Source: a virus (taxonomy: Duplodnaviria; Caudoviricetes). From it: DNA of 55,469 nucleotides. The stretch is from positions 1 to 55,469 of the IMG/VR virus record IMGVR_UViG_3300050121_000180, one strand, 5' to 3'. The notes beneath the pieces were generated by a model, which was not told the origin of the DNA, ran no database searches, and was given only the letters and a program-made list of their open reading frames with translations. A program made the position numbers and the translations under genes. Each line of letters opens with the position of its first letter. Within the stretch, counting starts at the first letter, position 1. Below are positions 26,886-35,998 of the stretch, piece by piece.

Positions 26886-27173
26886 ATGAAAACTTTTCTA
26901 ATTGCATTATGTATCTTTGTTTCAGCAGTTTGGTATTTAGACCAACTTGCGAAAGAAGATGCTATTGAAAAAGTTAGCCGAGCTGAACAACAAGCTAAAG
27001 AAAAAGCTATGGACGAAAAGATTGGGAAGTTGCTATTTCCGGGCCAAGCAGACCCAGCTGAAATTCAAAAAGATGTTAAGTGGTGTACTAGCCAAGGATT
27101 GGCTTCAGATGTTTTAGGTGGGCATGATGATGGAGCACAACACGTTATTTGTTTACCGGTAAAGGCTGATTAA
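26886..27173 (+). CDS. Membrane-anchored hypothetical protein
   Basis: MKTFLIALCIFVSAVWYL N-terminal anchor; two Cys in the soluble domain. Confidence 0.7.
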   Translation: MKTFLIALCIFVSAVWYLDQLAKEDAIEKVSRAEQQAKEKAMDEKIGKLLFPGQADPAEIQKDVKWCTSQGLASDVLGGHDDGAQHVICLPVKAD

Positions 27174-27197
27174 ATAACGTGTTGGTTTAAAGCTGTA

Positions 27198-27566
27198 TTA
27201 TTTTGCTGCTGAAGCAGGATTCAAAGTTGAACTTAAGGCATCCGCAACTTGAGTTGCAGCTTCAACTTTCGCTTGAATAGCTGTAACATTACCCGCAACT
27301 TTAGCAGTTAGAACGCCTTCAGCTTGCGCGACTGCAACCATTGAATTAATAATGGGTGTTAACGCTGCCCATAAATGTTCAAACTCAATTACAGCATGGT
27401 CAAATTGTGCAAACGCACCTTGGAGCATAACTTTCACGGCTGCCAGTTTAGTTGCACCTGGTGCATTTGGGATTAAACTGTCAATCGTTGTGATACCTGT
27501 TTTTGCTACTGGTAACAAAGCATTAAAGATTTGAATGAACTGCAAGATTTGTAATAATGAACCCAT
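27198..27566 (-). CDS. Lysis-module amphipathic protein (holin-accessory-like)
   Basis: GGAGA RBS; GATKLAAVK motif; last gene of the lysis cassette. Confidence 0.55.
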   Translation of the reverse strand: MGSLLQILQFIQIFNALLPVAKTGITTIDSLIPNAPGATKLAAVKVMLQGAFAQFDHAVIEFEHLWAALTPIINSMVAVAQAEGVLTAKVAGNVTAIQAKVEAATQVADALSSTLNPASAAK

Positions 27567-27636
27567 GATAATTCTCCATATTGATTAAAATTTACACGTA
27601 CTATAAAAAAAGACACCTATTGGTTTTGCCCATTCC

Positions 27637-28098
27637 TCAGGACGGCTCGCCTGTAAGAGGGGAGATTGGCCTTGCGGGCACTTCTGCCCTGTTAGGCTGC
27701 ATTCCCCCAATGTCAGGACTCGCATTGACGGAAGACAAGTTTGTTTGTTCTGCCAATTGCCCATTTTCTCCCAAACTGTTATCCTTGGCAATGGGTTGTA
27801 TTGAACCTGCGGTTCCTGTATCGGGGACAACTTTAAATGGGTTAAGGGTGACTGCTTTTGTGGTTGTGGCTTTAGTGAGGTACATGTTGGCAACACCAGC
27901 AAAAGAAACAATCCCAGCAACAAGTTGAGGAACCATATCAACACTGATTCCATATTTTGCCGGTATAAACGTAACAACAAAAATAAGAATCGTTGTGAGC
28001 GCATTTCCAAGTAATTGAGCACTTTTCCAAGTTTCTGCATTTTGTAATGACTCCCCCGCTTTAAGAACGTTAAATCCTTTGGATATCATTTCAAACAT
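27637..28098 (-). CDS. Putative holin (2 TM)
   Basis: AAGGAG RBS; two hydrophobic segments; downstream of the endolysin. Confidence 0.55.
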   Translation of the reverse strand: MFEMISKGFNVLKAGESLQNAETWKSAQLLGNALTTILIFVVTFIPAKYGISVDMVPQLVAGIVSFAGVANMYLTKATTTKAVTLNPFKVVPDTGTAGSIQPIAKDNSLGENGQLAEQTNLSSVNASPDIGGMQPNRAEVPARPISPLTGEPS

Positions 28099-28109
28099 AA
28101 TTAACTCCT

Positions 28110-28616
28110 TTAAAAATTACATCCTTTAACATCAACATATTTAGAATATGCTTGAATCCAATTTGTGGATATAGCAAGTTGGGCAGCTTGAACGGACATG
28201 TTATTTCCACAAATTAATTTATGAAACTTGTTTTCAAGTGCATCTTTTTGATGTGCGTTACATGGGCCGAAGTATGGTTGTGGCCAAAGGTTCTTAACAT
28301 CGTTACTGCCCCCTAGTTCTAAACTAATTAAATGGTCTACTTCGCATCCACCTGAACCCTTGCAATAACCTGTATAATTAGCTTGTAATCCATATTGTGA
28401 GTACACAACTTCTTTTTCTGAACTGGGTACATTACGAACTAATGAAGTGCTAGTTGTGCAAAGTGTTTTAACATCAACAATACGGGTTGCGCCGGGCGTT
28501 AGTTTTGCATCAGGTAATGTTGCAGATAAAGCACATCCGCCCCAAAACGATAAACTAACAATTAGTGCAATAATAAACAAACCTAGATAAGGCGGATTTT
28601 TTGTAAATATACTCAT
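28110..28616 (-). CDS. Signal-peptide-bearing HNH-like nuclease
   Basis: N-terminal hydrophobic signal; CEVDHLISLELGGSNDVKNLWPQ...KDALEN. Confidence 0.75.
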   Translation of the reverse strand: MSIFTKNPPYLGLFIIALIVSLSFWGGCALSATLPDAKLTPGATRIVDVKTLCTTSTSLVRNVPSSEKEVVYSQYGLQANYTGYCKGSGGCEVDHLISLELGGSNDVKNLWPQPYFGPCNAHQKDALENKFHKLICGNNMSVQAAQLAISTNWIQAYSKYVDVKGCNF

Positions 28617-28630
28617 TTTGTATTTCCTTG

Positions 28631-29107
28631 TTATGTTAGTGTTCCACCAAAATTAGAATATGCAGTCTGCAAATCTGCAAGTTTATTAACATGTTGATTA
28701 TACTGAGCACCGGGTAAACTTGCCCAAATATGAGCGCATTTTTCAATAGCTGCTGCAAAGTTTCCTGAATCAATATATGCTAAAGCATGGCACTCTAAAA
28801 GATATTGAATTGCAATTTTGTCCTGACTGTCTTTACCAAAATCCGGCAAATTTAATTGTTTTTTATAAGCATCAAAATAACGTGCTAATATTTGATAACG
28901 TCCTGCTGCCGTAGATTTAACAATTGCGTCGTGAATAACTAAAGGGACAATTATTCTAGGATGGTCAACATAGCTTGCAAACTTTACCAGCTTTTGCGGA
29001 GTTGAGCCCACAATAACATTATACCCGTTGTCCGAAAGCGCAAGCACTTCTTTACCCAATTCGCTAAAGGCAATTGTATCTAAAAATGCTTTACGATTCA
29101 CATTCAT
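28631..29107 (-). CDS. Endolysin, lambda-R-type lytic transglycosylase
   Basis: RKAFLDTIAFSE, GYNVIVG, STAAGRYQ, WASLPGA. Confidence 0.93.
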   Translation of the reverse strand: MNVNRKAFLDTIAFSELGKEVLALSDNGYNVIVGSTPQKLVKFASYVDHPRIIVPLVIHDAIVKSTAAGRYQILARYFDAYKKQLNLPDFGKDSQDKIAIQYLLECHALAYIDSGNFAAAIEKCAHIWASLPGAQYNQHVNKLADLQTAYSNFGGTLT

Positions 29108-29382
29108 TATTTTTTCTCCAATTTATCACTAAGTTTCTCGACTGCATGTTTTAAGTCTGCAAGCGAATCCGCGATATGCTGACCTTGGCTATTTAATTGC
29201 ATGTCTTGGTTTTGGTCACGCAATTCCTGAACTTTTGTACCTTGCTCCAAGATGATAACGCGTTTGTCCATGGTTTGCCATGCAAGAAACCCGGTAATTA
29301 TAAAACCAATAAAGGTTATAATATGCCCTAAGTTTATTGTCGCATCGAACTTAATACCTTTTGGATTTTCTTGGAGTGCCAT
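29107..29382 (-). CDS. Single-TM coiled-coil protein (holin/antiholin-like)
   Basis: INLGHIITFIGFIITGFLAW then a coiled coil; immediately upstream of the endolysin. Confidence 0.6.
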   Translation of the reverse strand: MALQENPKGIKFDATINLGHIITFIGFIITGFLAWQTMDKRVIILEQGTKVQELRDQNQDMQLNSQGQHIADSLADLKHAVEKLSDKLEKK

Positions 29383-29415
29383 TTAAGAGCCTTTATTATT
29401 AGTTAGTTTATAGGG

Positions 29416-29898
29416 TTACCAAACAATTGCTTGAACGGCTGCGGTTGTTGTTGCTGCTTGAACTTGGTTTTTGAGTGTTCTTAACTTATCAAATGCAGTT
29501 TGGCCTTGGACTAGCATTGCTAAACCAAGCCCTTGTAACTGTGCATAAGTCATTGTGACTCTCACATTGTTAATATCTAGCCAGTAAAAACCAGCAGGTA
29601 CGGAACCTGGCGCTAGGCTTTGGGTTAGGATAATTCGGCTATCGTTATCCGCTTGGAATGTTGTTGACATATAAGCAACGTCCATTTGAATTGCATCGTT
29701 GTAATTTGAATCTAATGCAATTAGTTTGTCAGTCTGAGATTGGATAAGTGTTGGAAGTGGTAATGCAGGCGAAGTAAAAATACCACCTGCATAACTATCC
29801 CCGATATTAGCTGTATCAGATTGAATTAGTCCTGCTGATACTGCATCAACTTCAAGTACATTAACAACTTTACCTTTATCTATTTGAGCTACTCTCAT
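29416..29898 (-). CDS. Tail fibre assembly protein (DUF4376-like)
   Basis: ANIGDSY, FQAD..SR, WLDINN, ends AVQAIVW; follows the fibre gene. Confidence 0.8.
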   Translation of the reverse strand: MRVAQIDKGKVVNVLEVDAVSAGLIQSDTANIGDSYAGGIFTSPALPLPTLIQSQTDKLIALDSNYNDAIQMDVAYMSTTFQADNDSRIILTQSLAPGSVPAGFYWLDINNVRVTMTYAQLQGLGLAMLVQGQTAFDKLRTLKNQVQAATTTAAVQAIVW

Positions 29899-29906
29899 AA
29901 TTTTCC

Positions 29907-31076
29907 TTATGCTATCCAACGTGCTTCAAATAAACCAGGTACGCCTGCGCCACCACCACCACCACCAACACCACCACCACCACCAACACCATAACCAGCA
30001 CCAGCACCACCTGTACCTGTTCCGCTCCTACCTCCAAATCCTGCTGTTCCGAACGGTAATGATGCGCCATTACTGCCAGAATAACTGCTAGATATAGTTG
30101 TCCCAGAGGCTGAATTTGTTTGATAAATAACTTCATTAGGAAGTGCTGTAATTGATGCTGACGCCGCCCCTTGAATATTATTAATATTTGACCCAGTTGC
30201 GGTCGTTGTTCCGGGTCCACTTGCTCCGCCAGTACATGAGTAAACTGTACCGTTTATGGTTATTTGTGTAGTACCACCAACACCACCACCAGCACCAGTA
30301 ACATCAGCAGTACCAGCAGCACCAATAACAACGGCATAGGCAGTACTTGGTAAAAGACCAGATATTAAGAATTTAACAGCACCACCAGCACCGCCGCCGC
30401 CAGCTACGCCATTTATAACGGTTGCAGCACCGCCACCGCCACCGCCAGCAACCAGTGTTAGTTCAAATACGGTGGAAGTAGATATATTGGCGGGAGTTGT
30501 GAAGTTTCCGCTGGTAGTTAATTTTTGGAATTGTAATTGTGGGAATGAGGTTGAAAATTGCATATTAGCACCATCTGAAAATATTTCAAGGTTAGTACCT
30601 TGTGGAATATTTAAGATTGCGCCTGTTCCATGTTTTACGTTTAATGCAAACGCTCCAGTGGTACTATTTTTAACTGTCCATTGGCCTGAACGTTGAGGAA
30701 AAATAACATTAATATTTCCAGTTAGAACCCCAGTAAAATCTAACATCGGATAATTGGCTTCAAGGGTTGGGCTCAATGTAACGTCGACCGCGCCCGCAAC
30801 ACTTTTATCTAAATATGCGTTTAAACCTGCTTCAATTTCAGCAATTAATGCTGTTAAATTTCCATCATCCGGAACACTGATTCCACGATTAACTAACATG
30901 TTAGCAACACCCGCTGCAATAAATGCACTCTGCCGCCAGACTTTATTTAGCTTTAAAGAGCTTGCTGTTCCAGATGTAAAGCCTGTTCCAGTTGAGGGGT
31001 CAGCTGCATAAGTTGCTTGTGGTTCAACATTAGCTCCTCCGCCCGTTGCAAATGGTAAAATCTCAGTTGTTGCCAT
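29907..31076 (-). CDS. Tail fibre protein with Gly-rich C-terminal domain
   Basis: N-terminal FATGGGANV...LNKVWRQ baseplate anchor; GGGGGG repeats. Confidence 0.85.
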   Translation of the reverse strand: MATTEILPFATGGGANVEPQATYAADPSTGTGFTSGTASSLKLNKVWRQSAFIAAGVANMLVNRGISVPDDGNLTALIAEIEAGLNAYLDKSVAGAVDVTLSPTLEANYPMLDFTGVLTGNINVIFPQRSGQWTVKNSTTGAFALNVKHGTGAILNIPQGTNLEIFSDGANMQFSTSFPQLQFQKLTTSGNFTTPANISTSTVFELTLVAGGGGGGAATVINGVAGGGGAGGAVKFLISGLLPSTAYAVVIGAAGTADVTGAGGGVGGTTQITINGTVYSCTGGASGPGTTTATGSNINNIQGAASASITALPNEVIYQTNSASGTTISSSYSGSNGASLPFGTAGFGGRSGTGTGGAGAGYGVGGGGGVGGGGGGAGVPGLFEARWIA

Positions 31077-31088
31077 TATCTAATCCTT

Positions 31089-31766
31089 TTAATTTGCTGT
31101 TACTTTTGCCCAAGTACCTAAATCAAATCCGCTGAACTTTACGCCATCGTTTAAATCAAAAGCGAAAAGCGGGCCTGGTGTAAATTGGGTAAAATAACTA
31201 GAGATATGCACTCCAGCAGGTTTGATGTTTAAATATCCACCTGTGAATAACGCTAATGTTAAAGCATCTGGAGCACCTTGGCCAACTAACCCTAAATTCA
31301 TTGTTAAGTTACTAGGGTCTTCAATAAATAAAGAGTACCCAAAAATCTGAAAAACGCTATTTGCTAAAGTATAAGCATGGTCAGTCGTGCCGTTCCAAAC
31401 ATTATTTAAAATAGTTGCTTTAATAAGTATTCTATAATGCGTATCAGGCAATTGAACAAGCCCAGTATCAGGGTCATAAGGGCCTTGCCATATACCTTGG
31501 TCAAACCCTACATTAGCAGTATCAAACGCAAAATAAATTCCTGCAATAGATAATTTTAAATTACGTGTAACACCTACCCATTGCCCAATAATATCAAGTT
31601 GTTCACCTACAGCATTGTCCACATCATACAATAAAGGGATTTGATTTTCTAATGCTGTAATATCCGCCCAACCTTGAACCGATGCTGTAACAGTCGCAAC
31701 AAACTTGGACTTATCCGCATGTTCAGAAGTAATTAGATTTGTATATTGGGTTACAGGGGCATTCAT
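31089..31766 (-). CDS. Baseplate wedge protein (DUF2612-like)
   Basis: AVGEQLDIIGQWVGVTR, YRILIKA, KPAGV. Confidence 0.85.
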   Translation of the reverse strand: MNAPVTQYTNLITSEHADKSKFVATVTASVQGWADITALENQIPLLYDVDNAVGEQLDIIGQWVGVTRNLKLSIAGIYFAFDTANVGFDQGIWQGPYDPDTGLVQLPDTHYRILIKATILNNVWNGTTDHAYTLANSVFQIFGYSLFIEDPSNLTMNLGLVGQGAPDALTLALFTGGYLNIKPAGVHISSYFTQFTPGPLFAFDLNDGVKFSGFDLGTWAKVTAN

Positions 31767-31767
31767 A

Positions 31768-32955
31768 TTAAGTCACTGTTAAAACAACATGGGTACTTAG
31801 TGTAGAAACCGCAGCTTGATTAAAAGCAATTGCGATTAATGTTGTACCTGTTGGAGCTGGGGCAGTTCCTAAAGTCAACGCTGTGATATAAAATGTACTT
31901 TCTAACCCTGAACCTGGAAGTGATGCAACGGCTTGAGCGTTTGCTGGGTATACGCTTTGCCCAATTGAAAGTGCATTTAAATAAGCTTGTATCGATGCAA
32001 TTATTAAAACGCCTGTTGTTGCAACATAACCGGGCAAAGCTTTAATGGTCAATGAAATATAAATTTCAATATTGCCAAGGATAAAATAATTTATTGTAAC
32101 AGGTAAGCCTGCTGAGTCGTAAACGATAACAGGTGTTGTACCATATGTTTGAATTCCAGGCGGTTTTTTTAAACGTATTGCGTTGCCTATATCCACAGAA
32201 GCGCCCCCGCTAACGACTGCGGATAGTGAGTGCGCCGGAATACCATTAACATCTGTTATACCCGTATCGTTTTCGTAAACATGGAACCGTTGAACGCCTG
32301 TTACGTTTCCAATTGAACCTGCAATCGATTTAACAATAGTTTGAGCAGGTAAAGCAGTTGAAACGCCTTGTCGTTGTCTTAGAGTTGCATCACTTTCAAT
32401 AGGTGCGCCTACAGTTGCATCTACAGTTGAAACAAATGTCTGCCAGCCTAATTGCGGATTAAAGATACTATTTATCGTTCCACTTGGCGCAAATATTGCA
32501 CCTTTATTTTGAGCGGTAACTGTTACAGATATTGAGCCTGAAATTGGGATGGTTACTGTAGCAGGTAGATTCCAAAGGTTGCCGTTTACGTCAGCAACTA
32601 CGCCGTTTGTAATTATACTGCCAACTTGTCCAACAACATTACCTTGGCTTTGTGAGTTTGTAGCGACTAATCTTGCAAGCCCGTTTAGCTTAACTTGAGA
32701 AGATAAACCCGCGCCTTGAGCATATAAAGGAGAGTAACTTTGAAATACTGCAATCGCAGCTTGGTTACTATCATTGATAGCTTTGGCAATAACTGCTAAC
32801 CATTGACCGTCTTGACTATCCGCTGAAATATAAATATCAGTTCCATAGATAGTTTGAAAACTTGCAATTAAAGATTGATAAATATCGCTATATTGCGGCG
32901 CAGATATACCTGTTGAATTAATTGTTGGGGCTAAAGTTGCAAGAGGGTATATCAT
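31768..32955 (-). CDS. Baseplate J-like protein
   Basis: DSQDGQ, ESDATLRQR, YENDTG, PAHS, KKPPG. Confidence 0.9.
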   Translation of the reverse strand: MIYPLATLAPTINSTGISAPQYSDIYQSLIASFQTIYGTDIYISADSQDGQWLAVIAKAINDSNQAAIAVFQSYSPLYAQGAGLSSQVKLNGLARLVATNSQSQGNVVGQVGSIITNGVVADVNGNLWNLPATVTIPISGSISVTVTAQNKGAIFAPSGTINSIFNPQLGWQTFVSTVDATVGAPIESDATLRQRQGVSTALPAQTIVKSIAGSIGNVTGVQRFHVYENDTGITDVNGIPAHSLSAVVSGGASVDIGNAIRLKKPPGIQTYGTTPVIVYDSAGLPVTINYFILGNIEIYISLTIKALPGYVATTGVLIIASIQAYLNALSIGQSVYPANAQAVASLPGSGLESTFYITALTLGTAPAPTGTTLIAIAFNQAAVSTLSTHVVLTVT

Positions 32956-33305
32956 AAGTTCGTACTCAAGGTAACTGAACCGTAAAGCGTATCTAGGGTA
33001 ACTGAAACCCGAGCTTGCCTTGTTGATGGATTATAATTGCTAGAGTATTGTATAATTTTTGTAACCCCTTGCGTATTCATAATCACTTCTTGAATAGCCG
33101 CATCATATGTTGAAATATGACCTGCTCCTAATATTTTGGAATTATAAGGTGTTCCCAATGTGGTGTCAAGGAACCATTCGCCTTCAATTAAGCCTAATTG
33201 TGTTTTAACAGCTTGAGCAACGGCTGCTGGCGTATTCACATAAAAATTGCCAGCACCTTGCCCAAATGTAAAATCGCCATTAATGTCTAATTTGCGGTAT
33301 CTCAT
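32952..33305 (-). CDS. Baseplate wedge / sheath initiator (gp25/W-like)
   Basis: MRYRKLD..GD, GEWFLDT..GTPY, TLYG. Confidence 0.85.
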   Translation of the reverse strand: MRYRKLDINGDFTFGQGAGNFYVNTPAAVAQAVKTQLGLIEGEWFLDTTLGTPYNSKILGAGHISTYDAAIQEVIMNTQGVTKIIQYSSNYNPSTRQARVSVTLDTLYGSVTLSTNL

Positions 33306-33310
33306 ATAAA

Positions 33311-34042
33311 TTATCCAGTCGGTTGGCCAGTTGAACCACCTTGAGGGTCAGGATGCACATGATGCCCAACGGAATGACCGTTAAATGTACCTTCACCCGG
33401 AAAGCTTGAATTGCCTACGCCCATTGTTCCTGTTCCTGTAATGTCGCCCTTTACAGTTGTTGTGGGCGTTGCAAGTATAACAGAAGAACTAGCGTTCATT
33501 GTTATTGTGGGGGCAGTAAAGTTTAATCCTCCAGGCGCTACAACATTGACAACATGCCCGGCAGCTATTTCAACATAAGCAAGCGAATCATCGGAACGTA
33601 GTTGAACGCTACTTGTTGAAACATTTGGCAGCATTCTTGGAATTGAACGTGCTCCAACGATTGCAAATCCGTCTGAAATATCGTGCATTCGAAGTTCAGC
33701 TTGTTGGCTAACTTTACCCGTAGTCCACCAAGCATCGATACAGCGTGATGAGAAAACAAGTAAACACTCATCACCTTGTTTTACAGGAAAGGTTAAAGTA
33801 AATCCTCCACCCGCTGGAAATATTACAGGGATATCCACAACAATTGATATTGTCACCCATTGTTTTGTATTGTCCGGATTTGTCACCAACATTTGCAAAC
33901 AAGGTTGAGCAGTGCATGTTTGTGTTAAAGGGTCAAAACTTTGGATAATTGCAGGCATTGCAGTTTGTATGTCTGCTTGTAACCCTTGCAAAGCCGCAGC
34001 CATTGCATTATAAGGGTCGTCAGTTCGTTCTTCACGTCTCAT
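33311..34042 (-). CDS. Baseplate central spike (Gp138-like)
   Basis: PVKQGDECLLVF..RCIDAWW, RMHDISD, C-terminal HxH metal site. Confidence 0.9.
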   Translation of the reverse strand: MRREERTDDPYNAMAAALQGLQADIQTAMPAIIQSFDPLTQTCTAQPCLQMLVTNPDNTKQWVTISIVVDIPVIFPAGGGFTLTFPVKQGDECLLVFSSRCIDAWWTTGKVSQQAELRMHDISDGFAIVGARSIPRMLPNVSTSSVQLRSDDSLAYVEIAAGHVVNVVAPGGLNFTAPTITMNASSSVILATPTTTVKGDITGTGTMGVGNSSFPGEGTFNGHSVGHHVHPDPQGGSTGQPTG

Positions 34043-35004
34043 GGCTTTACCGACCCAATCACGGTTCCTGAAATGCTAGTTGCTAATAATGTCAAATGCG
34101 TATACCATTCATGCCCACGTGAATCACCTTCATGCTCAACCGCATAAACACGATAATATCCGTCACCTTTTGAATTTACGGGCGCTAAAGGAGTATTCAA
34201 TTGAAAACCTACGCGTTGATTATAGGGAGTTGGGTTAGAAAGGTCTTTCTGTTCCAATTGTGTAATTTCAGCATTATTTAAACGAACTAATCCGCCAATT
34301 CTTATTTTGCTATTAAGAAGACAAGTTGCAGTTATCCCAGCGTCTGTTTGTTCAGGAGTTCCAATTAATCCAGTTGCAGAATTAATTTTAACAGCTTCAC
34401 CGGGCCTATAGCCTGTGATTGGGATAGGCAATATTTTACCATTTTCAATTGACCATGAATAATCCAAAGTATTCATTACTGTACGAATTCTATTCCTTGC
34501 CATCCCAAGCATTGTCTTACCGCGTAAAAGTTTATTTACATTTGGAGTATGACCTTGGGTTGCATAAATATCTTGAAATCCATCATCAATACTTATGCCC
34601 GGCATTGCGGATGTTAAAGCTTTCATTTGCGCTTGAGCAGTTGCGCCTTTTTGTAATGTTGTATTTGCATAGCCGAAATTAAAACCTAAGTCCCCATCCG
34701 CTGCAAAAATATCCAAGTAATTATCTTTATTATTTTCACGTCCAGTTCGATACTGTTTAGTGTTACCTTGAAAGATAATCCCATAATTGCCTTGCTCGTA
34801 ACCTGCGTTCAAAGTGACATCTTGGAACTCTTTTAAAACTTGGATTGTTTCAGCTGTTAAATTGTAAACTCTAACTGCAAGGGTACCCGGACTTTCAAAA
34901 TCAGAATTGCTTACATTAAATCGAATGCGAAATTTAGATAAATCAATTCCCTTGCTTCCAGTAGAAAGCACCAAGGAAACTTTTCGTCCAAATTGATTAC
35001 TCAT
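34039..35004 (-). CDS. Baseplate hub protein
   Basis: VYNL, LNAGY, IFQG, AADGD, TGLIGTPE, GDSRG..WYT. Confidence 0.85.
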   Translation of the reverse strand: MSNQFGRKVSLVLSTGSKGIDLSKFRIRFNVSNSDFESPGTLAVRVYNLTAETIQVLKEFQDVTLNAGYEQGNYGIIFQGNTKQYRTGRENNKDNYLDIFAADGDLGFNFGYANTTLQKGATAQAQMKALTSAMPGISIDDGFQDIYATQGHTPNVNKLLRGKTMLGMARNRIRTVMNTLDYSWSIENGKILPIPITGYRPGEAVKINSATGLIGTPEQTDAGITATCLLNSKIRIGGLVRLNNAEITQLEQKDLSNPTPYNQRVGFQLNTPLAPVNSKGDGYYRVYAVEHEGDSRGHEWYTHLTLLATSISGTVIGSVKP

Positions 35005-35315
35005 GGGGTTGTTATCCACAATAAGTGGCTAGTTAAACCCATGTTATCGTAAGTCGGGATAGCGTTGATATCATGGTCAGTTTGTGCAACCAAGCTTCCA
35101 CCAAAATTCAAATATTTATAAGGTTGCAGTAAGTCCACCCCTGTGACAAGCGGAATGCCTGTAAGTATGTTTACCCCGTTAACATCTTGGATATCAATCT
35201 TCCAGCAGTTAGCTGGGTCACACCATTGTAAAAGAATAGTATATTGAATGTTATTCAACGCAATTGAAAACGTTTGTGGCATTGGAGCTAATGGGATTTC
35301 GTAAGGGGTCGTCAT
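35001..35315 (-). CDS. Baseplate-associated virion protein
   Basis: GIPLVTGVDLL.PY.YL; position in the module. Confidence 0.75.
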   Translation of the reverse strand: MTTPYEIPLAPMPQTFSIALNNIQYTILLQWCDPANCWKIDIQDVNGVNILTGIPLVTGVDLLQPYKYLNFGGSLVAQTDHDINAIPTYDNMGLTSHLLWITTP

Positions 35316-35998
35316 AGCGGAATTGGATTATAGTTTGGGAAAGTTTGCACAGATTTTCCGCCTTCTTGTGACATTGGAACAGTTACTTTTGAAGCTTGAT
35401 TAGCACGTTGCAATAAAACACTTTCTGTGTTCACAATAATAACTTGTCGGCAGTCGACACTAATGAATAAAGCATTTTCAGACTTGCTATCATTTAAGAC
35501 AGAAAGCCCTTTAAGCAACATATTATGATAAGTTCTGCGACCTGCGAAAATACTTACTAAAGTTCGGCTAGATTGTAAAGCCAAAAGATTTGCATAAATA
35601 GCGTTTACTTGATTTGGATTTGCTCCAGTCATAGCTGACTGAATATTTGCGCCAATTTCAACCGCGTTTGCAATCGCATTTACAACGGGGGAAGAAGCGG
35701 CTGCCGCACTAATTGCGGCGTTAATTAATCCGCTATTTGAAGGACTATTTGAGAACCCCATTTTAATAGTGATTTCAGAAGGACGCATGAAAGCATGGTC
35801 TGAAATATTAGAGCCTAATTGAATAGGGTGCTCCGTTATCTCAAGCTCGTCAGTATGGTGTTCTTCGATAGTTGCATGAGGAATAATAATGGGTTCATAT
35901 GGGCCAAGGTTTGTATAAATGCCGCGCTTAGGCTTTACAATTAAAGACTCTAATCCTAATTGTAAAGCAGCACTTGCAAAGCCTACAAAGTTAGCCAT
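35312..35998 (-). CDS. Tail tube initiator / Dit-like baseplate protein
   Basis: EEHHTDELEITEHPIQ.G..ISDHA...P, Y.NMLL. Confidence 0.8.
   Translation of the reverse strand: MANFVGFASAALQLGLESLIVKPKRGIYTNLGPYEPIIIPHATIEEHHTDELEITEHPIQLGSNISDHAFMRPSEITIKMGFSNSPSNSGLINAAISAAAASSPVVNAIANAVEIGANIQSAMTGANPNQVNAIYANLLALQSSRTLVSIFAGRRTYHNMLLKGLSVLNDSKSENALFISVDCRQVIIVNTESVLLQRANQASKVTVPMSQEGGKSVQTFPNYNPIPL

Noticed and set aside
29909-30091. Poly-His ORF on the + strand
   Set aside because: Antisense shadow of the Gly-rich (GGT) codons of the tail fibre
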